A stretch of 64,000 nucleotides of DNA from Leidyana gryllorum EB-2025a (GCA_048772705.1 JBLWGC010000104.1:1-64000), one strand, 5' to 3'. Positions 1-13,192 are shown, counted from the first letter of the stretch. Numbers and translations: made by a program. The notes: generated by a model from the letters alone, not told the origin.

Positions 1-400
1 CGTCGCGTCGGTGTTAGTTACCAGCTGTCGTCACTCCACGCCATTGCTTCCTTTGTGTCTGCAAACCACCACCCACCTCCAATCCTTTCACCGGAACGCA
101 GCCCGGTTACTTTGCCAACGCCCAGCCGCCAAGTGATCCAATAGGCTAAGCTCACTCCATCGCTGAGTGTCAGCAGACTGACTAACTAACTAACTATCAT
201 CTCACAATGCCGCACTGCAGATTCAGGCGCGGCTGCTATACTACAGAATCTAACTAAGCGCACCTTCTTACACATCAGTACTGGGTAATGCCGATCTTTA
301 GTCAGTATTCGACCGTCCGTCGAACACAGCCGACCCAGACGTCACCTGCTGAATTTCCTTGTCCAACTTCTCCATTTGTCTGTACAGCTTTTGATACTTT

Positions 401-2783
401 TCACATTGCTCCGATGTACGGACTGCAGCAAACATTGAGTGTGTGCTCGGAGACACGCGGTATATTGGGCTTACAGGCGGGATTTCTCGGCATTGTCTTC
501 ATTGCGGACTCGAGTTCCTTCTTCTCCGCGCGCAGCAGCTGACAAATAGAAGCCACCATCATTTCCTCGCAAGGGATCTTCAAGTACGGCCACTCACCTC
601 GGCAGGTCCGCTCCCCCGTCCTGATGTGCCTGCGTCAGAATCGGTGGTGGGCACCCTGAACCGTGCCGCTGGAACGACCTCGTCATTTCCTCTTCGGACC
701 AGATGGTCAAACTCCATATTCTTGGGACTAACTACAGGGAGTGATCGAGGCGCTCTCATGTCAGCGGGTTCCGTGTGCCACCAATGTGGGCGCGTTTGGG
801 GTTGACGATGGCCTGGCCCCAATTTAGAGAGTGGTTTCCCATCAATATCGGCAAGATCAATGTCCTCTTTGGCCACGTGTGTATTGGGTCGGGGAGGCAT
901 CTGTCGGGTCTTGGCGCGTAGATCGCGAAGCTCTGTCTTCAAGCGCGATATCTCCGTTTCCAATGTCACCTTCTCTGCTTCCACCACCGCCTTCTCTTGA
1001 CGCAAGCGATCGGCAACAGTACTGAGTGTGAGTGTTCGTCTCAACGAATGGAATTTGGGAGCGGCTCACTGGGCTCTATCGGACTCCAATTGAGTGTTCT
1101 TAAGAGTGTTTGCCAGAACTTCTGCGCTGCATTCCAACTCGGTGAGGCGAGTTTTGAGGTGGACGACCTCGGCGTGTTTGCCTGAGAGCTCTGCAGCTAT
1201 CATCTGTGCCTTTTCGAGTTCGGCCACCTCAGCCCGCAGCTCTTTCTGAAGCTGAGTAACTCTCTCCTCAGCCATCCGGCAAGCGCGATCCCTGTGACGC
1301 GTGAATTGAGAGTTGTATGGAGTGTTTGGTGGCAGCAGCTGACCTGTCAATGTTGCGAGCTTCGAGGCGTTGTATCTGCGATGAGAGGTCCTCAACTTTG
1401 CGTTCGAGTTTGGATTTATCGACTTTGAGAGTGTTATTCTCCTTGGAGAGTTTATCAATATCATCCTGAAGTCCAACTTTTTCCGCTTCGATGCGTCCGA
1501 GTCTATCGTGATCTTGAGTCAATGTATTGAATTGTTCCTGCATTTTAATTTGGGCGGAGCTCAACTCTTTGTGGAGTCTTTGTATCTCTTTGTCCTGATC
1601 TGACGATTTGGCCATTAGCTCTTCATTTTCTCTTCTTAGATTAACATTGACTATTTGCATTTCCTCTTGCCGATCGCCCATCTTGGATGCCCGTAATTCG
1701 CTTCGAGTGAGTTCTTTCTCCAATCGTTCATTCTCCTTCTCCAAATCATTCTTCTTCACCTTTGCGGCCGATAGCTCCTGTTGCACTCTCCGCAACTGAT
1801 CATTGACGAGGTTCGTTTCGTCGCGAGCCATTCTGATCTCCTTTTGCAATTGCTCCTGCGCTGCGAGATGAGCTTCGCGATCCTGTTGCCTCTTCTTGCG
1901 GGCCTCATCCAACTCCTGTTCCACACTCTCCATCGCTCTGTGGAACTCTGCGTCCAGTCGATCTTTCTCTTCCGCCAGTCGTTGCTCGAAACACCGGATC
2001 ATCTGAGCAGACAGGAGTGTGTGTGTGTGTGTATGGTGTGTGTGTGTGTTACCTCTTCGCGAGCCTCGGTGGTTGTAACAGTGTCAACAGGTCCATTGCT
2101 TTCATCAGCTGCCTCGCTGTCTTCGACATAGTCGGCTTTGGTGGCCGGTGAGCGGGGACAGGGTACAGCCAAGGGGCGTTTCCAGAGACCATGTGAGCGA
2201 GGAGAGGCGTACTGATTGCGAGCTCGGCCTTGGCGGAACCAAACTAAGCCTGAGGAGGGTCGGCTGCTGAGCTCTTCATCTGGTACCTCCTCCTCCTCCT
2301 CGTCGGACGCGTGGAAGCTTTCATAGTTTGCTGACTGGATGTTTCGGGGTGTGGCTCGAGCAGATCGGGCTGCGGTGCTGAGGGGTCTGCTGGGTGTGGG
2401 GTGCGCAATGAGGTCCAGTAGGAACTCGTCTCGATTAGTCTGTTCAGCGGTGGGCAGTCGACGCTGGAGTACGGAGGCAGTGGGTGTAACGATGGGATTG
2501 TCATTGGGTCCCGGGGGCCGCTGTCGAGAGGGACTACGGGGTCTGTGTTGGGCAGCGAGGAAGGATGCCCGAGTGACTTGTTGGGGAGCTGTTCGGGATT
2601 TGGGGGGAGCAAGTACTTGTTGTCGCTGGGAAGGTGTCGCTAGTTCTTGCTGTTTGAGAGTCAAACCTGCGGGTTAGGTGCAGATTGAGTTTACGTTTGA
2701 TTGTGTGGCTCACCAAGGAGCTCCTTCTCGATGACATCGAGCTGCCTGCGCAGATCTTGCGAAGTCTTATCTTCAGCAGGCAT
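401..2783 (-). CDS. Multi-exon coiled-coil protein, function unknown
   Basis: ATG at 2783 (MPAEDKTSQDLRRQ). Successive minus-strand ORFs (1999-2664, 1268-2002, 1066-1476, 580-1044, 401-583) can be joined through GT..AG introns. Long heptad-rich E/K/Q/L stretches. 3' end approximate. Confidence 0.65.
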
Positions 2784-2868
2784 TGTGGGCGTTTTTCTCA
2801 AATGTGTCTAAGGTGTTAGGGCTTATCGGTGCTAGCACTGGGGGATCGGACGCGGGGCCCTAAGGAGG

Positions 2869-4762
2869 TCAGGGACATGGTGCGAGGAGGGGTGGGCGGC
2901 ACACTGAGGGAGTTCCGTCTGACACTATCCGGCGACTGAAGGGGAAAGCCCAATCCCTGGCACGAACTTGACTTTCTCCGAGGGCCCCCCCAGATCGAGC
3001 CGCTACGGGTCGACTCGGGAGACTGGACTGTCGGCAGAACAAAGTCGGGGTTGGTACCGCTGTAAGCGTGAAAGACGCTCCAACCACAAAGTAGCAGTAG
3101 ACACCCAATCTAAGTGTGTTTTCCAATGACCCGGTGAACGACCAACCGACCAAATGAGAGAAACTCACCGCATCTGACAATGCAGGTTTCTGCAGATCGA
3201 TCACAGCATCCCAACATCTGAAGATCGGCTGAGCCAAAGGCATTAAGATCGCAACGCTCAGCGCGCCTCCGGTTCGTATCGCGGCTGCAACAAACATTGA
3301 CATTGACATCGACATCGACGAAGAAATTTGACTTCTTCGTCCTCGTCCTCACTCACCGTTTCCTCCCAAACTTAAAAAGAGCTGACCGAGAATTAAGACG
3401 GCCAAACTCGCAGTATTGACGTTGGCGCTCGCGAGACTTCCTCCTCTCGAAACTCCGGCGGGTCCGTGGGGAGTGTCGACAACAGTGTCGGGCAATGTTC
3501 TCTGCAGCAAAACAGAGTAAAAACGGCGTGCGTGCGTCGGTCTCCTCACATGTAAGACGAATTTGTTGAAGGCAATGAGGGCGGCCATAGTCAGTCCTTC
3601 GACCAAACAGAGTCCGAGTGCCAAGAGAGAGATGGAGAATTGAGTGGCGTGAGTCTCAGTTTGCACATGAGTCTCGGCAGTTCGATGCTCCTTGGGGAAG
3701 TGCCGTGCGGCCGGGTTTCGGGGTCTGAGGATTCTGCGCACAGTGGTCAGTAGTGCTCGAGGGTCCCCCCAGGAGCTTCGCAGACGACTTTCCGTATAGG
3801 CATTTATCAGTGCTTCCCGGGCGCACAGAGTGTAAGCGCCCGAGAGACCAACGAGGAATGGGAGCAGATGGCTGAGAGAAGTGCTGACCACCGGGGTGGT
3901 GACGGGTGTCGGCGAGACGGGAATAAAGATACCCGTCATTATGCCCAGAGGAGGCAAACATCCCGGGAGCATCACAATTGAGAGGTGATGAATTACCAGC
4001 GCTGCTCCGACAAATGCCACAAATACGCCGATCCCCTGAACCATACAAAAAGGGCGACGGTAGGCAGCGGCCAGTAGCAGGAAGGTGAATGGGGCCAAAG
4101 ATGCAGCGGCGGTGGGGACGGCATCAGGTTCCAGTATCGCGGCCACCGATGCCAGTGCCTCCACCACACCGATGAGCACAATATTCTTGACTGGGGGGAG
4201 CTGCTTGAGCGACACCCGCAGTCGAAAGATACTTAGCCGCACATTGACCTTCGCAGACCAATATATCTCCTCCAATCTCTTCATGATGCCGACTGACACC
4301 TCACTCCAGCTCAGCTCGGCGTCAGCGAGGGCGGCTGCGTTGGCAGTGGATGACGCATCGTCCAGTACTTCTTCATAGTGGAAGTTGAAAGAAGCCTCCG
4401 AGGGCGCTCTGTCGCTGTTAGTGCCCCCACCAGCAGCCCCAAAAGTGAATCCCCGGTGAGCGGGGGCCCGAGTGGTGTCAAACGCTCGACCGGCGAGCAA
4501 CTCGTTTGGGACACGTTGTGAGAAGAGGAACTCGAATTGACCTTGTTCACACAAAGTGTACCTCGATTGCCACTGTCGATCGACAGATAGGATAATAGTG
4601 CACGAGCCTTACTACGATCACCGAGAGAAAGATTAGCTGTCCTATTGCCAAAGCGAGTACCAACAGATACATCTCAGTGCTCGGCAGTGTGTCATTTAAC
4701 TCGTCCAAGGCCGAGTCGGACCACCCAACTGCCACCACCAGACAGCATAGCCAAAATATCAT
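2869..4762 (-). CDS. Multi-pass membrane protein, possibly DMT-superfamily transporter
   Basis: Hydrophobic N-terminus MIFWLCCLVVAVG. Many TM-like segments across ORFs 4547-4780, 3349-4554 and 2869-3315, joinable by two introns. QGIGVFVAFVGAALV resembles a DMT helix. Confidence 0.55.
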
Positions 4763-4774
4763 TGTCTTTTTCTC

Positions 4775-7700
4775 ATGCACCTCTTACCATATCTCGCAAC
4801 TGCTGCTGCGGCTGCGATCACACCCCCTGTGACGCTTCCTGACTGGGATCAGATATCATGTCTTCTCCACCTACCCGCTTCACTGTACCATACCGATGCT
4901 TCCACCCCATCCAGTCTCCTCAACGTACTCTTCCCCACCAAACAAGAGTACGACAACTGCCTCGAGATCAACCGGGCCGATATGCCCTGGTGGATGTCGC
5001 CCGTCAAATACTGTTTAGCCGCTCTCCGTGTCGACATTGCTCAATATCTCGGCGAACTACACCACGCCAATCAGACATTCACCGATCTATCACTCAATTT
5101 TGGCATCTGTGTACCCGAAAGATGTCAGGCAGCCGACTTTGTTAACCTCTTCGACTTCCTCTGTGCCGTCCCCCGATGCTCAGATCTTATCAAAGAAGAG
5201 CTAATATCCATCTGCTCTTCTCTCCAGCCCGTTCTATGTGGACCTTTTGACAGATTCCGTTTTCAACACACTCTCTCGATGACTTGCGTCACAGAACCTC
5301 CCCGCCTGAGATGGACTCCCGCCGACAACACTGTCGTTGCAGAGGCCACAGAAAACGCTCACGACGTTATGCACACTCTCGGCATCGTACCACCAACCCA
5401 CAATAATAGCGACGGTGACGACGCCAGCGATGATAGCGATGATAGCGACGATGGTGTCTCCGTCGACACGGGGATCGTCAAATCGCTCCAAAACAGCCGC
5501 AGAAAGAGTGATGACATTGTCGTAATCCGCCAATTGAAAGCGGAACCGACACTGTCTCTGCAAGACTTTGAAGCTATTTCTCACTGTGGATTCACAGCCG
5601 TCCGGAATGTTGAGGCCTGGGCTAAGAGTGGACGAATCAACAGTCTCGGAGATTGGCACGCATGCCCTCCCGAGGGACACAATGTAACTTTTATTACTCA
5701 ATCTGACAAACAGCCACCGGGACACTACTGCACTCTCAGATACTTTGACCTCCTGGTGGCCGGCCGGTGTGTGCCACACGATTGCCAACACGATGAATTG
5801 TTGCGAACGCTCGAACTCGTTTGTGAGTGGACGTCTCAGTCTTCCGAGACTGGACGCCAGAAGAGCTGTCTGGATCTGATCAATGTGATACCAATTGATG
5901 TTTGTTTTATTACTCAGCTCTTGGGCTGTGGAGATGTCTCAGCCCTTTCTGCTTATGGAATACCCGACTTTGAAGCTCTGTTTAAAGATATGAGCCAAAC
6001 TTACATCGAGGAAGATCAGGACGTCAGAGTTCTGTCGCGCGCCAATCAAGTTTTGAATGCTCTTCTGGGACCCCAAGGCGCTTATCACATGTCCGCACTT
6101 CTCCGGTCAGAAGCCGTTATGAGACTCATTCAAATGTCTCGCAAAGAAAAACAGATCAATGAAGAGCGGTTCAGAGCTCTGGAAGAGACTTGGGAGCGAG
6201 AGATGGGCTTCAAGCCCATCTTCTCTGACCAAGACGCTTCACGGTTTCTTCTTGCCGACTCGTCTCCCAACGTGTCCGTCAAAGCCTACTGCGAATTTCA
6301 AGACCCCCCCTCTTTTAATGCTCTCCTCCGTAAATCTGTCTGCATTCTCCTCATTCTCACCGCCTTTGTCATAATGCCCATTCTCGCATACCTCCTCCGC
6401 TCGAATGTCAGCGACCAAAACATGTTCGCACAGAAGCCCACCGAAACGTCCCGCTGGCAGACGGTGATCTCCTGCTTTGATGTCCACAACAACTGGACAG
6501 CCTTTATGCGCACAGCTCGCAATGTATCATCGGGAGAGTTCCCTCACCTCTGCGGGTTGAGAGCTCTCTCAATGATGTGGATCTGTTTGGGCCATTGTTT
6601 CAGCTCCGCCGCCACCGCTGGACCTGTGTCCAATTTGCCTTTTATCCTCTCTCTGGTCAAAACCTTCGATATGCAGTTCGTCATAGGAGGCGAGTTCGCT
6701 GTCGACTCTTTCTTCTTCTTCACCGGCTTCTTGGTCGCTGTCTTTGGCGAACCTTCTCTCAACCGAGTGCTCGATCAACACCAGGCGAAACCCTCCACTC
6801 TGAACTACTTGAAGGTAAGACAGCCACCATCGCGTGTGTGTTTGTGCAGGACAGCCACCATTGTGTGAGAGTGTGTGGGAGTGTCAGAGAACCACCACAG
6901 TGTGTGTGTGTGTGTGAGTGTGTGTGTGTTTCCGCCGATTCCGCCGATCCCTACCATTTTGCCGATCAGTGTTACGTTCTGTCGGTGATTCACCGGTACA
7001 TCCGATTGAGTGGTTCGTACTTTTTCCTCTTCACACTGTACGTGTTGGGGCTGCGGTATGTGGGTAGCGGTCCGATGTGGCCGGTGATGGTGGACTTCAT
7101 CGAGAACAACCCCGAGGGGGGTTGCAAGAGTTCGTGGTGGTGGAACATATTGTACCTCAACAACCTCAACAAGGGGCAGGTTTGCTTCGGCTGGGCCTGG
7201 TATCTGGCGAATGACTTTCAGTTCTTTGTCGTCTCGACGGCATTACTCTTTGTTCGCAGGTACGCCGCCATATTGATGAGAGCCAAGTTTGCAAATGTCG
7301 GCTGCCCCCTTCCTTCTTCGTCAGGCACAGCAAGCGGGCCTTCAAATACGCGCTGATCGGACTGTTGAGTTCCTCACTACTGATCTCTCTCATAGTGGTT
7401 CTCCAAAATGACTTGCGTATCAGTATGGTCAGTCTCTCTATGGACGGTAAGTCACACAAGCTTTGTCTGCACATCGCTCCAACAACAGTGGCCCCGGAAC
7501 AACACACCCTGACGGCCCCATTCGAGAGGTGGCAAAAGTACTATTTTAGACCGTGGTGCCGCATTCCGCCCCATCTGATCGGCCTTTTCGTCGGCTGCGC
7601 CTACACAGGAGGCTATTTCCAAAAGTACATATTGAGAGAAGAGGAGCCATCCTTTGTGCGCGTCCCCACTGGCATCCAGCTTCAACCGGCTCCCCTGCCT

Positions 7701-8549
7701 CCTCAGATCGCGGCAGCCGATGGAGGCGACATTGAGAGAGCCGGGGCGACTCAACCAGATCAGCCCACCCACGAAGAGGACAGCATGGCGGCCAACAGTG
7801 GAAGCAGTGTCACAGATCACCTGATGCCCGTGGCCACAGCCCCAGCCGGAGCCAGCAGCCCGAGCGATACGCTCACTGGGCTCGAACCGTTGCTGAGCCC
7901 CACGCCTCTGCCCAACAGACGGAGTGGTGTCAACTGGCTGGTGATCGGCGGACACCTCCTTGCAGCTGCCACTATGGGTGTTCTGATCTTCTCAACGTAT
8001 TGGCCCAACAGGGCGAGCGCTGTGGTGTGGCCCAGGTGGCTGGACGCCGCGTATATGACTCTCTCGAGGTACGGCAATGCTCACAAACTAAATGTGTGTG
8101 AGAGTGTCACTTGAATTCCACAGATCGATTTGGGCAATGTGCATCGGTTGGTGGACGGTGGCGTTGACGTTTGTGGCTCGAGACTACGTGACAGGGAAAC
8201 AAGCCCGATGTGCAGAACCACTTCGGGACCCGTTGACGACAGCGATCGCTCGAGTACTAACTATTCGCGTGTTCATTGTCACAGCGAGTCTCGCCTACGG
8301 AGTCTATTTGGTCCACGTAGTGCTCCAACAGATCTTCTGGGGCTCAATGAGTGTGGAGATTCAAGTGACACGACGTAAGTGTGTGTGTGTGTGTATATAT
8401 AGACGCGATCTCTACATTTTGTACTGTGTGCAGTTTACAGTTACTTCCACGCGCTCTCATTCATCGTACTGTCGGTTGGGGTTGCGTTGCCCCTGGCAGT
8501 ATTCGTGGAGATCCCTCTGTCCAAGTTGGCTCGGGTATACGGGCTTTAG
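4775..8549 (+). CDS. NRF-6-like O-acyltransferase (two Cys-rich NRF-like domains plus acyltransferase-3 membrane domain)
   Basis: Signal peptide. GICVPERC and GRCVPHDC motifs. AT3 motifs GLRALSMMWICLGH, FAVDSFFFFTGFL, HRYIRL, WYLANDFQFF, YFRPWCRIPPHLIG, AYGVYLVH. Spliced last exon ends LAVFVEIPLSKLARVYGL* (TAG 8547-8549). Confidence 0.85.
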
Positions 8550-9170
8550 CCAAAGACAGTAGCGAATTCAGGCTTGATGCCCCCAAGCTTCCCCTGCTTG
8601 AAAGCTCCGGCGGCCTTCAATTTATAGTAGTTCTTCAACGTGTCTTTGAGCTGAGACCCCATCAGAACGCCGTGCTCTATGCACCATTTGACAGCGATGA
8701 TGCTTTTGGGGTTCTCGGTCAGGAGACTTTCGTAGAAGGCACGAGCCGGTTCTCCCTGAGAGCGGAGTTTGTTAATCCTTTGCCCTCTGTCGCGCTGCGG
8801 ACTTTACCATGGGGGGACAGACGACTCTTTGGCCCTCTTTGAAATACTTCTCGGCGCCGCCTTTGTCCTCCTCCGCTGGTTTCAATAGATCGTCGTCGTC
8901 GTCGTCATCTTCTTTTTCTTTGGCGGCTTTGACAGCAGATTTCTTGCGCGCCGCGGGGGCCGGAGCCTTCCGCTTGGGCGCGGGCTTCTTGGCTGCAGCC
9001 GAGGGACGCTTTCTTGAGGTCTCCTCCTGCTGGATTAAAGGCATATCGTCGCCATCCGAATCGTCCGAGTGATCTTGTTGGACTCGGGCCCTCTTGGACG
9101 GGATGCGTGCGGGGGCGCCTGTGGAGGAGGGGCGCTTCACTGGAGTTCGCCGCCCAGGCTCTGCCTCCAT
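8546..9170 (-). CDS. Conserved small basic protein (KxGQK..PP..G...R.FYESL..ENP.S..A..WC.EHG.L type), function unknown
   Basis: Exon 1 is ORF 8772-9170 up to KEGQRVVCPPM. After a GT..AG intron it continues GEPARAFYESLLTENPKSIIAVKWCIEHGVL...FATVFG* (TAA 8548-8546). Confidence 0.7.
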
Positions 9171-9197
9171 TCCAATTTTTTTTGGACAAAATCACCA

Positions 9198-9830
9198 ATG
9201 GGCGGCGAAGGCGAAAGGACAAGGCGAGCTGTTGTTCAGGTAAGATATCGGCAATCTCAGTGCACATACAGTGGTGTCACGCAGGATGACGAGATGGAAG
9301 AGGTGATGGCTGGAAGATACTCTGGTCGGGGAGGATATTTCAGTGGATTACCCGAAGATGGTCAGGAGATGGAAGAGCCATCGTCTAACTCACGTTCAAC
9401 CAACAGAGGGAAAAATCCGGCTTTTATCCCCGCCAAATGTAGGTGGCTCTCATATCTGCCCTGCTAATCTCAACGTACACAGCTATAGAGGGGTGGATCT
9501 TAATAGTTAGTGGTATCCACGAAGAGGCACAGGACGAACATATCTACGAAGCGTTCGACAAGTTCGGAGAGATCAACAACTTGCATCTGAATTTGGATAG
9601 ACGTACTGGATATGTGAAAGGATATGCTCTGGTCGAGTTTGCAGACCGTTTCGCTGCCGAAGCTGCAATCGCAGGTATGTTCACACGCCTCTCCCTTGAC
9701 CGACTTGTCACTTTCCACCAACGTAGCCATGGATGGAGCCGAAATCGTCGGCAGGCGGGTATCAGTTGATTGGGCCTTCATGAAGGCGCCGAAATTCGCC
9801 AGTGAAACACGCCATCACCATAGAGAATAG
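9198..9830 (+). CDS. RBM8A: RNA-binding protein 8A (Y14), exon-junction complex
   Basis: [16 protein letters not shown]...[20 protein letters not shown] and VSVDWAF are the Y14 RRM signature; three short introns. Confidence 0.95.
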
Positions 9831-9862
9831 CCACAAAACCCACCTCTTTTTTCCAATTGTCC

Positions 9863-11650
9863 ATGGCCGTCACCACCACCCACCCCAAAGACCTATACCT
9901 GCAGCGACTCTCCGATAGTGTCAGTCGCTTGCATAAAGCCGTACAACATCAGGATGACCGCGAAGTTATTCGCCTACTCAGGTAATACTAACGAACTTAC
10001 ACACACACACACCCCCACACACACGCTGAGACCGGAGCCTTCACATTCTTCTTGACCAACAGACGCCTCAAAGGTATGCGTATGAGCTGTTGTCCGTCGG
10101 TGTTGGGAGAGTTGTGTTTGGCTGTGATGCCAAACGCGCCCGGCCGTGAAAAGCTTTATTCCAACGCTGCGAGCATTGGTTTGTGGAACGAGGAGACACT
10201 GGACGACGATGCCATGGCGGATGATGGGATGAGCGAGTTTGCTCCGTCGGCTAATCCTGACAGAGTTGAAGACGCTACGATGGATGAAGAGTCCACACTC
10301 GGTGGCGAGGGTGATAAAACCGATAAAGATATGGCTGAAAAGGAGGACAAGAAGGAGAAGGAACCGGTGACGGTCGAAGCTTTGATAACGCGTATCACGG
10401 GACCTAAAGCGCCCAAAGAGGCGGTGCCCTATATTCAACTGTGGCTTGCGGTTTTGAGCATTTTCCTGACGGTCGATACCGTATTGAAGGCTCGTTCTGC
10501 AAACTTGCCGCCACAGCAGTACCAATGGGCTTTGGATCTGGGAGTGGATGCCGCGGTGGACTGTCAGACTTACGTCAAAGCCACATCACGACGCTCAACC
10601 GACTCTCTCGATGCCAAGGCGTACTTCGCCATGTCTCGGATATACAATCTCGCCGGAAGATGCCCCGAGCTGCGTCCATATCTGCTGGATGAGTACCGCA
10701 GTGCCACGATTGATCAGAAACACATGTGCCAAGCCACTTTGATCAATCAGTTGGTGGCCTCTTACATCGACCACAACGAGCACGACTTGGCTGTCAAGTT
10801 TGTTCAGAGAGCGAGTTTCCCAGATGACATTCGCTCGACTGCACAAATCGTTCGGAATCTCTTCAATTTGGGCCGAATGCAGGCAGTGCGACTGGAATAT
10901 TCGGATGCTCACGAAAAGCTGGTCACAGCCGTCCGCAAGTTGCCCCCCCACGAGACATTCGCGCGAGGGTTCAAGCTTCTGGCCACAAAACATGCCATAG
11001 TTGTAGAGCTCCTCATGGGAGACGTGCCCGAGATTTCAGTCTTCCATCAGAACGGAATGGAAGGACAGCTGAACGCCTACGAAGGCATTGTTCAGGCTGT
11101 TCGTCACGGTGACCTGATCGCCTTTGGCAAAGTGCTGCGAGAGTATCACGATGACTTTGTTCAGGATGGAACGCTCTTCTTGGTCGAACGTCTCCACCAC
11201 TCTGTCATCAAGGCTGGCTTGAGAAGAATCAACAAGTCCTACTCCCGGATCACTTTGGTGAGCAGCATTGTGTGTGTGCGGGCGTGTGTGTGGAAATGTG
11301 TGTCTCTTTTGTCCTCAGACCGATATTGCGGGCAAACTGGGCATTGCTTCCCCCGCGGACGCCGAGGCAATTGTGGCTAAGGCCATCGTCGACGGTGTCG
11401 TCAATGGCACCATCGACCCCGACAGCAAGTGTTTGATAAGCAGGGTAAGAGGAGAAGGCGCAGGAACAAAATCTGAACTCTTCCTCTCTAGGAGTCCGCT
11501 GAGCAATACAAGACTGCGGAGCCCGCTGAAGTGTTCCATAAGCGTATTCAGTTCTGCAGCGTTATGTACAAAAGTGCTGTTGAGGTAAGGAGGAGGAGCG
11601 GTGGCTGTTGAGCGATTGTCACTTTAATTCCCTGGCAGGCCTGCATCTGA
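9863..11650 (+). CDS. RPN3: 26S proteasome regulatory subunit RPN3/PSMD3
   Basis: QAVRLEYSDA, IVVELLMGDVP, QAVRHGDL, RLHHSVIKAGLRRINKSYSRI and AEAIVAKAIVDGV are PCI-domain motifs; several introns. Confidence 0.92.
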
Positions 11651-11831
11651 TCGAATTGTTGTCCTTTCTTGAAGATTCCCTCTCTCTCACTCTGTTTTTA
11701 AAGTTAAACACAACGTCTAATCTGAGCAGTGTCTCTTTGCCGAGACATTTGTGTGTGTGCGGGCGGCCGGCCCCGGGAGACAGTCGTCGTGTATCAGTTT
11801 GTTAGTCTTTGTTGCTGGTGGGAGCAAAGCA

Positions 11832-12914
11832 ATGAAGGTTTTCGCTCTGCAGCTGTGTTGTTTGGTAGTGGCTGGAAATGACGTGACGGAACCTATCAAG
11901 TCTTCGACTGTGAGTGTGGTTGATACCGATAACGTTGCGGATGTCTCCGTGTCCCCCACTGATGCCGCCGTGAACGACGCCTTGAACAACTTGTCAGATC
12001 TATTGCTCAACCGGAACGTTGTCATCGGACTCAGTGATCTAGTGAAGCACTTGGTCGATCTGACCTATGCAGACATCATCTGGAACAAGTATTGGAATAT
12101 GAAGTTCTGGCCGAGCAGTCCTGCTCAAGTGACAGTCGATGTCGAACCCGTAATAAAGCAGCGTGTCCCGCGCGGTATCGTTTCCCAAGAAACCCGACAG
12201 CTTGTCTACCGCACCGTCACTCGGTGTGTCAACCCCTCTGCTTATCCGATACCGTGCGAAATACCCGGGTTCACGTACACTATAGATCAGGAGATCCACA
12301 TGACCGCCGTCGAAGGCTTGAGACAAGGAGACAATATCACTCTCCCCGTGGGCATTTGGATCGAATCTCTCAACCACCCGTACGGCTGGGATTGGCCCAT
12401 ATCTGAGGAAGACATCATTCTGATGGGCGAACCCCTGGATAACAAACAGCCAGACACCGTCGAGATGGTTCCTCCTCACCATTCGCTACGCGTCGAGTCT
12501 GAAGTAGAGAAGATCTTAGTGTCCGGAGAAGCCATAGTGGACATTACAATCGGTACCGAGCGCAGTGATACACTCGAGTGGTCTGTGACAGCCTGTGCAG
12601 TGCCTTACGAGTCTTCGACTACCTGCCGCTTACACAAAATTGGACCCTTCACACCCGACCTTGTCTCTGCCCAGCTTAGCCCTACAGCTCGCGCAGCACT
12701 GTGTGTGCACCGGGATCTCTCTCAATGCCTATTGACCATAGGTGATGACGGAAAAATACACTCTAATGTCCGGAGTCGGTTCGCCGCGGTACCTTCGTCA
12801 AGGATCAATCGACGCGTGTGGCTCGAGGAAGCAGGTCGCACCGACTGGCTCGGCAATATTACTGAAACCTTCCCAGCTGCCCAACCCATCCTCGAATTGA
12901 ACGCCATCATTTGA
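11832..12914 (+). CDS. Secreted protein with ETX/MTX2 (aerolysin-like) beta-pore-forming pattern; paralog A
   Basis: Intronless. Signal peptide MKVFALQLCCLVVAG. Core LVYRTVTRCVNPS..IPCEIPGFTYTI...G....TLPVG...YGWDW...EMVPPHHSLRVESEVEKILVSG...DITIG. Clearly paralogous to 13193-14170. The CDS is solid; the family call is by eye. Confidence 0.6.
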   Translation: MKVFALQLCCLVVAGNDVTEPIKSSTVSVVDTDNVADVSVSPTDAAVNDALNNLSDLLLNRNVVIGLSDLVKHLVDLTYADIIWNKYWNMKFWPSSPAQVTVDVEPVIKQRVPRGIVSQETRQLVYRTVTRCVNPSAYPIPCEIPGFTYTIDQEIHMTAVEGLRQGDNITLPVGIWIESLNHPYGWDWPISEEDIILMGEPLDNKQPDTVEMVPPHHSLRVESEVEKILVSGEAIVDITIGTERSDTLEWSVTACAVPYESSTTCRLHKIGPFTPDLVSAQLSPTARAALCVHRDLSQCLLTIGDDGKIHSNVRSRFAAVPSSRINRRVWLEEAGRTDWLGNITETFPAAQPILELNAII

Positions 12915-13192
12915 ATACACACACACACACGCACACACGCACAATACCATCATTTAGCATAAGCACAAAGCGATTTATGGACAACGATTAGCCAAAGTGT
13001 TGGATTCTTTTTATATCTATCTCCTCTGCGCGGCAGCTGCATAGGCCGGGCGGCTGGCCAGAATCTCTTTCTTTTTGAGGACCATTAGCATTGGGGAGAG
13101 CGGCTTATGTCTGTTTTAGAGGTTTCGGAGTCTAAACTAAAATGTGATTGTCAAGTCTTTAAAGCAGAGATTTATGTATTATTCAGCAGCAT

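Noticed and set aside
4542-4561. Possible 20-nt intron (gtacac..acaag) in the membrane-protein gene
   Set aside because: It leads into a frame that stops after about 79 codons; a ~61-nt intron restores the long TM frame.
12915-13192. Spacer between the two toxin-like genes as an ncRNA or mobile-element scar
   Set aside because: Only a CA microsatellite and a short GC-rich patch; no terminal repeats, target-site duplication or RNA-family motif seen.
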